This document shows, one piece after another, positions 27,307-39,300 of a stretch of DNA of 64,000 nt (positions within the stretch are counted from its first letter, which is position 1; each line of letters starts with the position of its first letter). A model generated the notes under the pieces. That model did not search any database, was not told the origin of the DNA, and saw only the letters and a program-made list of their open reading frames with translations. The stretch is taken from sequence record KX397371.1; one strand, written 5' to 3'. A program made the position numbers and the translations under genes.

Positions 27307-30300
27307 TTAGCCCGTCTTACGTGAGACGTTCAGACTTGGGGCTGGTTGTGGGTATGTCTGCGTTGACTTCGGTGCAGGGCCACTCGGTGGGCTGGATGGC
27401 CCCATCGGTGCACCCGACTGCATCAGTTTCCGCATGTCCTCCAGAATCGCTTTGATGTCCTTCGTGACTTGCAGTTGCTGATCCGCAACCGTGGCGTTCG
27501 AGAACCCGCCAGCGGCTGGAGACATATCTGAAGACAGTGGTGCTTGACCTCCGCCTCCAGTCTGTGCAGCGCGTTGTGCAGCGCCTGCTTTGACCTTCTC
27601 CACATCCTTCGGAGAGAGACCATCCGCAGCCGCTTGTTTCGCAACCTCGTCGGCAACGTTTGACATATCGGAACTGCCTGACGCCGTACCACCCGGCAGT
27701 GCGGGGCCGCTCGACATAGTGGCGACTGCATTGTCTGCGGCCATTGCCCCTTTTGTCTCCATTGCCCCGTCTCGGCGGTTTTCGTTATCGGCGGGCAGGT
27801 TTTGGCCTGCACCGGCCGCAGTACCTTCCATGGACGGGTCGTTTGCAGCAGCACCCGAGGAAACCGCAGGACTTGATGACGTTGGCGCACCCGGAGACAA
27901 CCCATTAATAGCTTGTTTTGTCTTCGACGGATCAGCCGTCATTTCGTTCGCAGTTACCGCACCCATACGGCCATTCAATTCACGAATGACCTCATCCAAC
28001 GTACGAAGTCTTCCTTGTTTGGTGTAGAACACACTCTGGTTCCCTGCCAACACTTTGCGGGTAACCGGCGGTGCCGCAGTGGCTGGCGCGTTCGGGTTCT
28101 TCGCCCATGCTTGCATGAACTGACGTCCACCACCCGGACCTAAGAAGTGGTAGAGGTATGCCACCGCAGGCGGTGGTGCCTTACCACCCAAGTCTTTCTG
28201 GGCTTTCATGATGTTATCACGAATGAACTGCACACCCAGAATGGTGTTCGCGTGTGGGTCGAATTGCCCCCCTGAACTGGCCATCAGCTGTCCAGGAATA
28301 CCAAACTGTCGTCCATATTGCCCCAGTTGTGAATCCCAAGTGGAGTTAATGAACTGGAAGAGACCAGCGGCAGACGCATACGGGTTTTTCGCCTTGTAGT
28401 TAAACTTCGACTCGGCATACGCCATCCCCAATGCCACACTCGGTGGTACCCCCATGGAACGCGCAACATCGGATATCATCTGTTTGATGCGCTCCTCACT
28501 GTTCAGTGAGCCAACCGGGTACTTCTCTGCCAACTGCTTATAACTACCCGGTTCCACATCCCCGAGCTTGATACCGACACTGCCCGTGGAAATAGCCGCA
28601 TAGTTCTTCGCACCCCCCATCGCATCCACAGCTTGATTGATGTCCGTTGGTGTACCGGTGAAAGTACCGCCCCCGAACCCACCTGCTGCTTTTGCGGCCT
28701 TCTGGTCTTCTGCCGTAAAGAACGTCGACTCACCGTCGTCCTTGGTCTGGTAGAAGCTCGTGTTGGTGTTCTTGTCTGCCCACTTCGCACGTTTGCCCAT
28801 CGGCTTTTTGTCGTTGAGTAAGTTGCGCACCGCAAGGTCAGCCTCTTTCGAGAGCACCTTCAAGGTTTCCAGTTCTTTCGAGACCGAACCGGGGTCCATG
28901 TTCGGGTCTTGACCAAACGGGTTAATCGCCACTTCCCAGACTGACTGTCGGATATCCGCTTTCATGTTGTAAGCACGGCTGGTCAGTAAGCCCAGCTCAA
29001 ACAGATAACCCCCGGTCAGTTTCACATTCAACGGATCACCCGTTGGCACGAACCGATGGTAACCACAGACGTAGAACATAAAGGTCGGCAGGAAACGACT
29101 GGTGAACCACAGACGCAACTTCTCAGACCGGTTCGGGTCTTTCCACCCTTGCGGTTCGATAACGTCCATCGCTTCTGTCCATTTCCCTTTGTACGATGCG
29201 TTCTTGATGTCGATGTTCGGCAACACGAAGCGTTCCAGCATTTTCAGCTGACCTACAATCGCAGGGTCGAGTTCCTTCAAACCGTACGTTTTGAAACGAA
29301 TCGATTCAAGGGCATCCACATCTTTCTGATTCAAGACCGCGAACTGATCGACCTGAATCTGAATTTGCTCCGTACCGTCCTCCCACCCGTTTGGACGTGG
29401 GGCGTTCTCGCGGGTTTCTTTGTCAGTGGCGGCAAGTGCGCTGAAGGCTTCTTTCACACCGGACTCTTCAATGCCTCGGGCTTCCAGTGCGCCTTTGTTG
29501 AACTTCCGGTTCTTCTTGTCTTCCATACGGCGGTTAATGCCACGGAGCACGTCTTCCTGCACGTCCATGACATCATCGGCGTCGAGTAAGTCAGGCGAGG
29601 TGAAGGTCACCGCGTCCTTAAACTTCTGCCACAAACTCCGGTCAACATTCCGAGGGTCAGTCAGCGCACGCAGATGTGGGGCATCTTTGGTGAGCTGGAC
29701 TTTGTTGAAGATAGACTTCATCTCGGACTTGCTGACTTTGTTTGCGTTCCCGACATCCGCTAACTGGATATCACGCTCTTGGGCATAGAGCGCAGACAAC
29801 CAACGCAGATAAATCGGAATGAAACGCTGGAGCATCATCGCTTGGAAGGCGAGCATCCCGGACTTGTCATCCTCGGCCACACCAAACCCAACGGCTAACT
29901 CCTGCACTTCTTTCGCGCCTAAACCACGACAAGTGGCTTGTCCCGTTTCATTGAAGCTCACGTACTGCTTCAACTGTTTCTCGAGGTAGCGGGCTTTAGC
30001 ACCGTCGTCCGACGACCACTTATCGTAGTCTTGGAAACCGTACTGTGCCAGACGTAAAGTATCGAGGTATTCGGTGTAAGTCGTGGTCGCAATCTTAAAG
30101 GCAGCCCATGTCAGGCCAACCACTGCACCCACGGCCAGAATCACCGGCCAACCGACCGCGGTGACTACCGCACCCGCCGCTGTCGCAACTGGCATGATAA
30201 GCCCACGCATCGCGGCACCCCCGAGCATACGTGCACCCCCGCTCGCCAACCACCATGCACCTTGGCCTAACAGTTTTGCCGGTTTCAGGATGCCCCATTT

Positions 30301-33300
30301 TGCAATGGTTCCCATGACTGACGCAACCGTACCCAAAATGCTCACCAATGGCCCAATGACCGGGATGGACTTGAACATGTCCATAATCCCTTTGGCCTTT
30401 CCACCGGAACGACCACCAGAGCCCGCAGAGGCCCCTTCGTGGTCAGCACGCTTACGGCGGAAGAATTGGAGGTAGTCGCGTTTTTCACCCCCCTCTTTGA
30501 ACTTCATACGACGCGAGAACTTGGCATACATGCCGCGGATGAACCCTTCCTGAGCACCGTTCTCTTCCAACGACGAACGCATGGTGTTAAACCAGCTCAC
30601 TTCTTGCAGGTTCACCATCCGGTTCATACGGTCTAAGAGTTTCGACCCGATAGACTGGGCTTTCCCTTTGGCCGCATTGATCGCTTCTGAACCGGCTTCA
30701 CCGGCTGCGGTGATATCGTCGTGGATCGCATCTTTGAACTTGTTCCGGCTGAACTTGCCTTTACGGTGAAGTCGACTGCGATAGAAATCGGCGGTCTCAT
30801 CATCACGGCCCGCTAAGCGGCGTTCCACATCGTAGCGTGTACCGATGTCAAATTCAGACTCGCGCATGGAATCGCTGAAGTTGTTAAAGCGGTCACGAAC
30901 ACCACCTGCCCAACCCATGAGGCCGTCACGTTTGCCCCGGAACCAATCGGACACACCGGCACGGCCGTTACGGAAACGACGACCCCAACGACGGTTCAGA
31001 CGGGCTCTTACCCCACGACCAAAACGCTGCGCGGATTTGAATGCATCCTTCACACCCTTTCCACCCCCGGCACCCTTTTCCATTTCCTCAGTCCAACCTT
31101 CATCCTCTGGTTCCCCCGGCATACGGCGGTTCAAGAGTTTGTAGATACGGATAAGGATGTGGTTGGTTTTCTTGCCGGTGGTGTTCAGACCACCGAACAG
31201 GGAGTTGTTGCTGAAGAAGTCGCCTCCTCCTTTCCCTTTAAACCAGTTGGCAATCGGGTTGTTGGTTGCCAGATGCTTGAGTCGCCCGGCCCCTTTACGG
31301 AGCATATCCGGGATACCCATCACAAGGTCTTTGCCGCGAGACAACAGACTACCTACCCGACCGATGATACGCTGAAGCGGTGACTTGATGTCACGTCCCC
31401 ATTTGTCCACCAGTTTGAAGTCCGGGTTCTGCATCTCTTGTGCGGTAATAATGTCATTACCGGCATCGTCCACGATTGGCCCTGTGATGTCCTTCACAGA
31501 GAAGACCGGGGTCTTCGTGGCTTTGAGCAGGTACTTGCCTTGACGCATCAGCATAGACGTCATACGCGGGAAGGTTTCCCCTTTCACGTAGATGTCCGGT
31601 GCCGTGGTGAACCACTCTTTGATGCTCTTGGCTTTCGGGGATAAGCGGTCGAGTACCTTCTTCGGTGCCTCGATGACTTTCCGCAGGAAGTTACCGGATT
31701 TGTGGGACATCGCTTTGAACAGCGACTGGAGTTTCCCGCCTTTGTAGTAACTGAGTTTACCCGCTGCCGCTAAATCAGCCGCAGAGAGAATCACGTTACC
31801 GGCGTTGTCAAGGATGTCCATCCCCAACTGAATCTCATCCAACGTCTTCGGATTGTGAAGGTGGTTGCCGTCTTCGCTCAGCTGCCAGTATTCCCCAGCT
31901 TCTAAACGTTTCCCTTGCAAGACCACTTTGCCCCGCTCGTCGTACACATCACGCACGCCAAGCAAACCCTTCCCGAATTCCAGCGCGGAACCAAAGGCAC
32001 CCGAGATGCTACCGGACGCTAAGCCTTTGAGTTTGGAGAAGATACCCGGACCGTCGCCAGCGGAAAACTTGCCCCTTGCCCAACTGCCGAATTTCCCTAA
32101 GCGGTCTTTGGCACCCAAGACACCGCGCTTGGCCAGATTGAACCCACTGCCAGCCGTATCGAACAGAATACCGCCCCAGCGACGCAGCAAACCTGACTCA
32201 CCGAGTATGATACGTCGACGACGTGGACCACCCCCGCGTGGGGCCGGACCATCACCATCACCACCGCCAGTACCGGCACCGTCAGGACCACTACCACCTT
32301 CCAGTGATGCTAATAACACACCCTCTTCATCCATGTTCTTCACATGTTTGAGGATTTCCTGGACGTAGGTGGTTACGTTCGTTGCACGGATAGCCTCTAT
32401 AAGCCTGTCAGTCTCTCCTGACGCGTTTTTACGGTCTTGACCACCTAACAGGTCGACTAAGTTCGTCTCGGTCTCTCCGTAGAGCACACGCGCCATTTGA
32501 CGGGCTGTAATGCCACCACCGTAACGTCCCTTACCTCCAGCCACATCATTCAATGCGGAACCGGCTGATAAGGTGTCTTCGATCCCAGCATCTTCCCCGA
32601 ACTTACGACGGATGTAATCCGCAGTAGCAGAACCGTTTTGCAATTTGCGTTGCAGTTCTTGCTCACGGGTCAATGCACGACCGGTACGGGTCTTACCCAT
32701 GCGGGTGTCATTGAACATCGTGTACGGGTCAACGAAATCTTTATCTGCGGCAAAGACGTTGTTCTTCTTGTCGTAGTTAAAGATACCGGCGTCACGGAGG
32801 ATACGTTCCCCGTAAATGGTCGCGGCTTGGTCAACAGCTTCCTGACGGCGTTTGTAATGCACCTGCACTGACGAGATACGATCGTGCAACTCATTCGACA
32901 GGCCCCAGTTCTCACCCGCGGTTCCGGCCGCGACATGTTTCAGGGCATCGACAACCTTACGGGCTGTGTTACCGCCCATGTAACGGAAGAGTTGGGTTTG
33001 GTCTTTGATGATGGCATCGACGTCCATGGACTTGCCGGTCGCAGCACGCGACTCGATATAGTCCGCCAGTTGTTGACGCTCTTTCGGTTCAAGCGTTTTC
33101 TTCTGGTCGATGTAATCAACGACACCGTTAATAGACTCCTGCGTCTTCTGACGCCCTTTATCATCCGCCAGTCCTTTACGGACACGGTCAGCTAAATCGC
33201 GGCGACTGGTGATGCCGCGGGTTGTCATGTCGTATTCAACGTCAGCGTGTTCGCCGTAACCACGACGAATCGATTTGTTGATTTCAGACAGCAACGCAGG

Positions 33301-34698
33301 AAGTGATTCGACCACGGTGAGATAGAACTTGCGGTCAAACTTCGCCGCACGGTTTAGGTTCTCGACGTTACGCTCATCGAGGAACACGTTCTCCCGTTTC
33401 ATGGGATCGACGATACCGAGGGTGTTCCCCATGCGGAACAGGTTAGCTAAGAACCCTTCGCTTTCTCCCGCAATCGCGGAGTTGGAAATTGTCCCGTCGG
33501 TGGCACCACGCGCAAGGAACTTTGCACGCTCAATCGCGGACATCGCCTGCGGGTTATCTTCTAACCACGCCTTGGATTTCCCTTGGCCTTTTTCAACCAG
33601 TGGCCCCAACAGCTTCTTGGCAAGAAACTTGGTGGCCCAACCGGTGGCTTTGTCACGACCGTTCTTCTTACGGGCATCCGGTGACAGGGAGGAACTGTCT
33701 TCCATCCCAAAGTCATCTTCAACACCCATCCCCATTATTGTCTCAAGAATCCCACGACCATCAGAGAAGGCACCCGAGATTTTCTTCGTGGCTTTCTGAC
33801 GAATGGAGTCCATGAACCCTTCGGCGTATTTCAGGGGGTTCATCCACTCAGCTGCTTGACGACGAACGTGTGCCCAGCGAACTTCTGAGAAGTCCTCTTT
33901 GGCATAGTCCGGCAGCGCGGTGTTTTTGACGATGGCTTCCAGCGCCGGGGTGTTACGGTCAAACTCGGTCTGTTTGAGTTTGGATAAATCTTGCAACGCA
34001 AACAAGGTACGGTAACCCAGTTCAAGTTGCTTACGTTCAACGTTGAGCAACACCCCACGGGTTAAGGCTGCTGTGGAGTTCGTGTCACGAGCAATACTCA
34101 GTACGGCATTGAGCATCGCATCGGACTTCATGTCCTTCACGCCATCACGAATACGATCTTCGGTGGCTTGTTGCTGCGCATCGCGTTGTTCTTGCGCGGT
34201 CATCGGGGCTTCACTGCCCCCACCGCCCTGACCGTTAAAGACTTCCGCCATCATGCGGTCTAAGCCAGCCTGTTCAGGATCGTATTTACCACCCTGAATC
34301 TCGTCACTGCGCGCCCATTTATCTACACGACGCGTAATCGCATCGGGTAAATATTTCTTCATTGTTGGGCCAAGCTGACGGGCTTGGTTCTTAATTACAC
34401 GCTCTGTCTTGACCAGCTCGTCTTTGGTATGAGCGTAAACATCTTTTGCGACCGATTTGGCGTCTTGGTAGCCCTTGTACGCATCGGTGGCAGAATCAGG
34501 CATACCCTTTAAAATGACCTGGTCGCGTTTGCCTTCTGGCCAAATTGCTGACAGCGCGGAACGCTTAATCGTGCGACCGGTCTCCATGATTGGGTTACGT
34601 TTTTTGTCTTTGTTCCGAGGCGGCTCGTCAAAGTCATTCCAATCAAGATCAAGGTTGTCGAAGTTAAAATCATCGACACCATTTTTCTTTTTTGCCAT
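27307..34698 (-). CDS. Tape-measure/tail protein with soluble lytic transglycosylase domain (phiKZ gp181-like)
   Basis: About 2460 aa, helical and G/A/K-rich. SLT motifs at about 28100-28490: GMAYAESKFN, GLFQFINSTW, YLYHFLGPGGG. Start at MAKKK (ATG 34698) is inferred. Confidence 0.85.
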   Translation of the reverse strand: MAKKKNGVDDFNFDNLDLDWNDFDEPPRNKDKKRNPIMETGRTIKRSALSAIWPEGKRDQVILKGMPDSATDAYKGYQDAKSVAKDVYAHTKDELVKTERVIKNQARQLGPTMKKYLPDAITRRVDKWARSDEIQGGKYDPEQAGLDRMMAEVFNGQGGGGSEAPMTAQEQRDAQQQATEDRIRDGVKDMKSDAMLNAVLSIARDTNSTAALTRGVLLNVERKQLELGYRTLFALQDLSKLKQTEFDRNTPALEAIVKNTALPDYAKEDFSEVRWAHVRRQAAEWMNPLKYAEGFMDSIRQKATKKISGAFSDGRGILETIMGMGVEDDFGMEDSSSLSPDARKKNGRDKATGWATKFLAKKLLGPLVEKGQGKSKAWLEDNPQAMSAIERAKFLARGATDGTISNSAIAGESEGFLANLFRMGNTLGIVDPMKRENVFLDERNVENLNRAAKFDRKFYLTVVESLPALLSEINKSIRRGYGEHADVEYDMTTRGITSRRDLADRVRKGLADDKGRQKTQESINGVVDYIDQKKTLEPKERQQLADYIESRAATGKSMDVDAIIKDQTQLFRYMGGNTARKVVDALKHVAAGTAGENWGLSNELHDRISSVQVHYKRRQEAVDQAATIYGERILRDAGIFNYDKKNNVFAADKDFVDPYTMFNDTRMGKTRTGRALTREQELQRKLQNGSATADYIRRKFGEDAGIEDTLSAGSALNDVAGGKGRYGGGITARQMARVLYGETETNLVDLLGGQDRKNASGETDRLIEAIRATNVTTYVQEILKHVKNMDEEGVLLASLEGGSGPDGAGTGGGDGDGPAPRGGGPRRRRIILGESGLLRRWGGILFDTAGSGFNLAKRGVLGAKDRLGKFGSWARGKFSAGDGPGIFSKLKGLASGSISGAFGSALEFGKGLLGVRDVYDERGKVVLQGKRLEAGEYWQLSEDGNHLHNPKTLDEIQLGMDILDNAGNVILSAADLAAAGKLSYYKGGKLQSLFKAMSHKSGNFLRKVIEAPKKVLDRLSPKAKSIKEWFTTAPDIYVKGETFPRMTSMLMRQGKYLLKATKTPVFSVKDITGPIVDDAGNDIITAQEMQNPDFKLVDKWGRDIKSPLQRIIGRVGSLLSRGKDLVMGIPDMLRKGAGRLKHLATNNPIANWFKGKGGGDFFSNNSLFGGLNTTGKKTNHILIRIYKLLNRRMPGEPEDEGWTEEMEKGAGGGKGVKDAFKSAQRFGRGVRARLNRRWGRRFRNGRAGVSDWFRGKRDGLMGWAGGVRDRFNNFSDSMRESEFDIGTRYDVERRLAGRDDETADFYRSRLHRKGKFSRNKFKDAIHDDITAAGEAGSEAINAAKGKAQSIGSKLLDRMNRMVNLQEVSWFNTMRSSLEENGAQEGFIRGMYAKFSRRMKFKEGGEKRDYLQFFRRKRADHEGASAGSGGRSGGKAKGIMDMFKSIPVIGPLVSILGTVASVMGTIAKWGILKPAKLLGQGAWWLASGGARMLGGAAMRGLIMPVATAAGAVVTAVGWPVILAVGAVVGLTWAAFKIATTTYTEYLDTLRLAQYGFQDYDKWSSDDGAKARYLEKQLKQYVSFNETGQATCRGLGAKEVQELAVGFGVAEDDKSGMLAFQAMMLQRFIPIYLRWLSALYAQERDIQLADVGNANKVSKSEMKSIFNKVQLTKDAPHLRALTDPRNVDRSLWQKFKDAVTFTSPDLLDADDVMDVQEDVLRGINRRMEDKKNRKFNKGALEARGIEESGVKEAFSALAATDKETRENAPRPNGWEDGTEQIQIQVDQFAVLNQKDVDALESIRFKTYGLKELDPAIVGQLKMLERFVLPNIDIKNASYKGKWTEAMDVIEPQGWKDPNRSEKLRLWFTSRFLPTFMFYVCGYHRFVPTGDPLNVKLTGGYLFELGLLTSRAYNMKADIRQSVWEVAINPFGQDPNMDPGSVSKELETLKVLSKEADLAVRNLLNDKKPMGKRAKWADKNTNTSFYQTKDDGESTFFTAEDQKAAKAAGGFGGGTFTGTPTDINQAVDAMGGAKNYAAISTGSVGIKLGDVEPGSYKQLAEKYPVGSLNSEERIKQMISDVARSMGVPPSVALGMAYAESKFNYKAKNPYASAAGLFQFINSTWDSQLGQYGRQFGIPGQLMASSGGQFDPHANTILGVQFIRDNIMKAQKDLGGKAPPPAVAYLYHFLGPGGGRQFMQAWAKNPNAPATAAPPVTRKVLAGNQSVFYTKQGRLRTLDEVIRELNGRMGAVTANEMTADPSKTKQAINGLSPGAPTSSSPAVSSGAAANDPSMEGTAAGAGQNLPADNENRRDGAMETKGAMAADNAVATMSSGPALPGGTASGSSDMSNVADEVAKQAAADGLSPKDVEKVKAGAAQRAAQTGGGGQAPLSSDMSPAAGGFSNATVADQQLQVTKDIKAILEDMRKLMQSGAPMGPSSPPSGPAPKSTQTYPQPAPSLNVSRKTG

Positions 34699-34727
34699 TG
34701 TATTTACTTCCAATTCAGGAGCTTAAC

Positions 34728-36341
34728 GTGAAGAAGCTAAACTGGGTTGACATTTACTTGTTAAACGTCAACAAGTCCCTGGTGTCTCAGCTAAGACAAA
34801 TTACTACTACCGACACGTTCCAGGGCATGACGAAAAACTTCCACCCGGAAGGACTTTACTCAACCGAAATCTTCGGCCTGACAGGTAGCGAGCAACGTGA
34901 CGCAAGCTGGGCATACATCGATGTTAAATTAGACATCATTTCTCCAACAGTTTGCTTAGGGCTGTTTGGCCTAAAGAAACTTTATGAGGACATTTGCGCA
35001 GGCAAACGCTTTGCGGTGTGGAATGAGAAAGAAAAAGATTTTGAACCGGCCCTGCCCAGTGATAAAGGCGCAGACACCGGTTATAATTTCTTCTTGTCCC
35101 ATTATAAGGAACTGGCCCCCGCCCGTAACGATTCGTTACGCCGTGATGACTCACTCGACTTCTTCTTCAAATTCCGCGACGTTAGCCTCAGCCGCTATGT
35201 GCTGGTTCTGCCCGCAGGTCTGCGTGACCTGATTGTGCGCGAAGACGGCCGTGACCAAGAAGAAGAAATTGGGGGGATGTATCGCCGACTCATTTCGTTG
35301 GCGCGTGCAGTGCCTGACCGCAACGTCCGTACCGAATTGACTGACCCGGTTCGCTGGAAACTCCAGCAAGCGTACAACGACATCTGGATGTACTTCTTTA
35401 ACATCCTCGATGGGAAAGGCGGCTTTGCACGACGCAAGGTCACCTCTCGTAAGTTGCAGAACGGCACACGTAACGTGTTGTCCTCGTTCTCGACCGGGTC
35501 GAAGGTCATGGGTCGTGAAGACCAAGTGCGTGCCACAGACACCCGTATCGGTTTATACCAAGGTTTGAAATCACTCTTGCCGGTGGCGCAGTATAACATT
35601 CGCGAACGTTATCTGTCCCAAATCCGTGCCGGTGATGGCAACCTCTATGGTATCAACACCAAAACGCTCAAACGCGAACTCCTCGAAGTACGCGGGAAGG
35701 TCTATGACCTGTTTACCACCGATGACGGTATTGAGCGGTTGATTAACCGATTGGAAGTGACTGAGGCGCGCCACCAACCGTTGATGATTGACAAAGACCA
35801 CTTCGTTGCGCTGATTTATCAGGACAACAAACATTTTAAAGTGTTCTTCGACATCGACGATTTGCCAGAAGCCTTCGACCGTAAAAACGTTCGGGGCATC
35901 AGTTTAGGTGAACTGCTATACCTGTCAGGGTATGACCTCTGGAATGACTACTTCATGTTCGTGACGCGCTATCCGATTATCGGGCGCGGTTCGACGTACT
36001 CCTCGACCATAAGATTGGAGACCACCATCTCTTCCCTCTATATTCACGAGCTGGAAGATGACTGGTTAACGCCCAAGAAGAAAGGGGCGATCTCCTTCCC
36101 CGACAACCGCGTTGCGACGTGGGTCGAATCTATGGCACCGCACCCTTCGCGACTGAAAGGGTTGAACGGGGACTACGACGGCGATATGGGTTCAGGCAAC
36201 GTGCCGTTCTCAATTGAAGCATTAGAGGAAAACCGTCGTTGGGTAAACTCCAAGAACTACTGGTTCACGACGGATGGCAGTTTCAAAGTGCAGCCTATAA
36301 ATGACGTGATAGAACGGTCGATTAACGCGCTGTTATTGTAA
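34728..36341 (+). CDS. Virion RNA polymerase beta' subunit fragment carrying the catalytic motif (phiKZ gp180-like)
   Basis: HPEGLYSTEIFG, VLVLPAGLRD, KGGFARRKV, RYP, LNGDYDGD (NADFDGD equivalent); AGGAG RBS before GTG 34728. Confidence 0.9.
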   Translation: MKKLNWVDIYLLNVNKSLVSQLRQITTTDTFQGMTKNFHPEGLYSTEIFGLTGSEQRDASWAYIDVKLDIISPTVCLGLFGLKKLYEDICAGKRFAVWNEKEKDFEPALPSDKGADTGYNFFLSHYKELAPARNDSLRRDDSLDFFFKFRDVSLSRYVLVLPAGLRDLIVREDGRDQEEEIGGMYRRLISLARAVPDRNVRTELTDPVRWKLQQAYNDIWMYFFNILDGKGGFARRKVTSRKLQNGTRNVLSSFSTGSKVMGREDQVRATDTRIGLYQGLKSLLPVAQYNIRERYLSQIRAGDGNLYGINTKTLKRELLEVRGKVYDLFTTDDGIERLINRLEVTEARHQPLMIDKDHFVALIYQDNKHFKVFFDIDDLPEAFDRKNVRGISLGELLYLSGYDLWNDYFMFVTRYPIIGRGSTYSSTIRLETTISSLYIHELEDDWLTPKKKGAISFPDNRVATWVESMAPHPSRLKGLNGDYDGDMGSGNVPFSIEALEENRRWVNSKNYWFTTDGSFKVQPINDVIERSINALLL

Positions 36342-36361
36342 CGTCTCTTTAAGGACTACCA

Positions 36362-39300
36362 ATGCTTCTCATTAAACAATTCAACCAGCGTTTCTCAGTG
36401 CGGCGCACAGATGAGTTCGGGAAACCGCGCATCATCCCGCTTGAGAAACTCCAGATCCCGCGTGGTTCTGTTTTCCACACGGTCGATCTTGACCAAGTGG
36501 TGCTGGCTCCGCCGGTGACCACACCGTATTTCCAAGAGCTGGAGAAGCCCGCTCAGATTCGTCACCATTATCGTCTGCCGGAAGATGGGATTTCGGGTAA
36601 GCCGATTCCGGTACCGGTACAAGGTCAGGAACGTCAGATTCTGGCCTACCATCGTGCGAACCGTCGCTTCCGTCGTCTGACGGATGACACCTTAGTCCGC
36701 CGCGATCCGAAAGTGCTGCTCATCGAGAACTACACCCCGATGCTGCCGCACTACCGTTATCCTGACACGTTGATGTCATGGTACGATCGCCTGCGTAACA
36801 TTCAGGTGTTAATCGCGAACCAATTTAAGTACGACACCGCGGAGTATCTGCGTCAGAACTACATCATCGTTAACCTCGGTTCCACCCTGCCGTCGTTTGA
36901 TAAGTTCAAAACCACCTACAACAACCGTATCAAGAACAAACTGGAACACTTCCAGTCTATCGAGCTGCTGTGGCTGCTCGACCTGTTCGGTTGGGCGCGT
37001 GGCGACCAGAAGGACACTCTGTTTGCAGGCATGGACATGACCCAACTGTCCCGCATGAACTTCATCTTCACCCACAACAGCGGCTTCACGTCGATGAACA
37101 TGGGTGTGGTGGAGCGTATGCGTAAATCTGCCGGTGGCCGTTTAACCGATGATGTCATGTCACGTCACTTCTATCGTACTCTGATTCAAGTGATGACCAC
37201 CCAACCGTCTGACAAGTTCGAAACCGAATTTGTGACACCGGAAGGGGAAGAACAGACTGTCATGCACGATGTTGAAAACGACGACATCGTTGAAGGCTCT
37301 GATGACATCACCGATGAAGATATCGTCAATGACGAACCGGTTGTGAATGACGACGACGTGGACTTTGACACCAACGAAGACTTGGTGATTGAAGCGCCGA
37401 AAGAAGACGTCAAGCCGACCACCATCGTTGTTGAGAAAACTATTGATCACGCGGCAGTGATTAAGCAAGAAGTCGAGAAGTTGGCCGAGGCCGGACGTGT
37501 CACTGCGAAAGCATACAAGTTCCTGAACGAATCCAACCAACGCTTCAACCAATTGCCGAACCCGTACAATCCAAAAGAGACGTACGAGCAAGCGTTAACC
37601 TATTCGGTGAAAGACATTGAAGTCAAGCCGAAGAAAACGCTGGTTAAACCCCTTGTCACAACCGAAGACTGGACGCAGTCAACTGTTGATGCCATGGACA
37701 AGCAGTACAACAGCGTCGTGTTGCCGAAAGACATCCTGTCTGCTGTTGCGTCGTCCCAGCGTTTGGGGATGGCGATTCATGACCACAAAGTGGAGAAAGA
37801 GATTTCCGTTACCGGGAATATCGAACACCACACGCTTCGTCTTCAACCAATCGGCGGGGAGCCAGTAACGGTCCGTTTCCAGACTCCTGCATTGACCGAA
37901 GATGGAACGTGGATGGCAAATGGTACTGAGTACACCATGCGTCGTCAGCGTGTTGATTTACCGATTCGTAAAGTCGATTTCGACACGGTCGCTTTAACCA
38001 CTGCCTACGGTAAAAACTTTGTAAGGCGCAGCGATAAGGTAGCGAACGACTACGGTCGTTGGTTAACGAACGCAATTATCGTGCAGGCGGTTGACCCGAA
38101 GAACACCAACGTCACCGATGCCAAACTGGCAAACGTGTTCGACCCACTCAATACCCTACCGCGGCAATACACCATGGTGGCGCGTCGAGTATCAGGCTTC
38201 AACGCCATGGGTTATCAGTGGAACTTTGATTCGAAGAAACTCAACGAGTTCTTCGGTGAAGAGGGCGTGAAGAACCTTGAAGCGAAAGAGCTGTTGCCGG
38301 TTGCGAAAATGCGTGGGAACAAGTTCATCGGGATGGATGAAAACTCGCAAATCTATAAAGTCGACGGTGACAAAATGGAACCGCAGGGCGACCTGGCCGA
38401 CTTCTTGGGTGTGGATGCTACCAAGTCTCCACGCGAGATGACCGAGCTGTCATTGATGGGCACATCGCTGACGCTGGGCTTCATTTTCTCCTATTACCTC
38501 GGCCTTACCGGGATGCTCAAACACTTCGGGATTCGCTACGAGGTGTTGCCTCCGGGTAACCGCATCGATAAAACGCTGTACGATTCTGTTATTCGTTTAG
38601 CAGACTCGAAAATTGTAGTAATTTGTGACAACGACAAACAACGGATGATTGTCAACGGTCTGGATAAGTATCTGAAACTCCTGACCACTTACACGGAATC
38701 GGAAGTCGATCGTGAAGACATTTACCTGAACTTGATTCGGGATGCAGATGGCCTGACACCACGGTACATCAATGAGCTTCGATTAATGCGGACCGCGTTC
38801 GTCGATGACATGCACGCTCGTATCCTCAGGAAGATGGGGGAACCGGAAACCTTTATCGGGTTGTTAGAACGCGCGAACGAAATGCTGCTGACTGACTACA
38901 CGAAACCGGAAATCAACGGCGATGAAATGATGTTCGTCGGCAACCAACGTATTGCGTATCACGTCTACACGGCGATGGTGCGTGCAATGCGTAACTATCA
39001 AAACGCACCGGGCAGTAACCGTCGCTTTGAATTGAGTCAGGATATGGTGTGGGGCGCTATTAACTCTGACCCAAGTGTGCTGCTGGCACCGGGTGCAAAC
39101 CCGATTCAGTGCACCAAAGAAAAAGACGTGATTACCATGGGCGGGACGGGCGGTCGTAACCGTAAGACAATGGTGTACCATACGCGTGAGTTCCAGGAAT
39201 CTGACCTGGGTATCGTGTCGGGTAACACGGTCGATAACGGGGACGTAGGTATTACTGCCTTCCTGACCAACAACCCACGGTTTGATACGGTTGACGGCAC

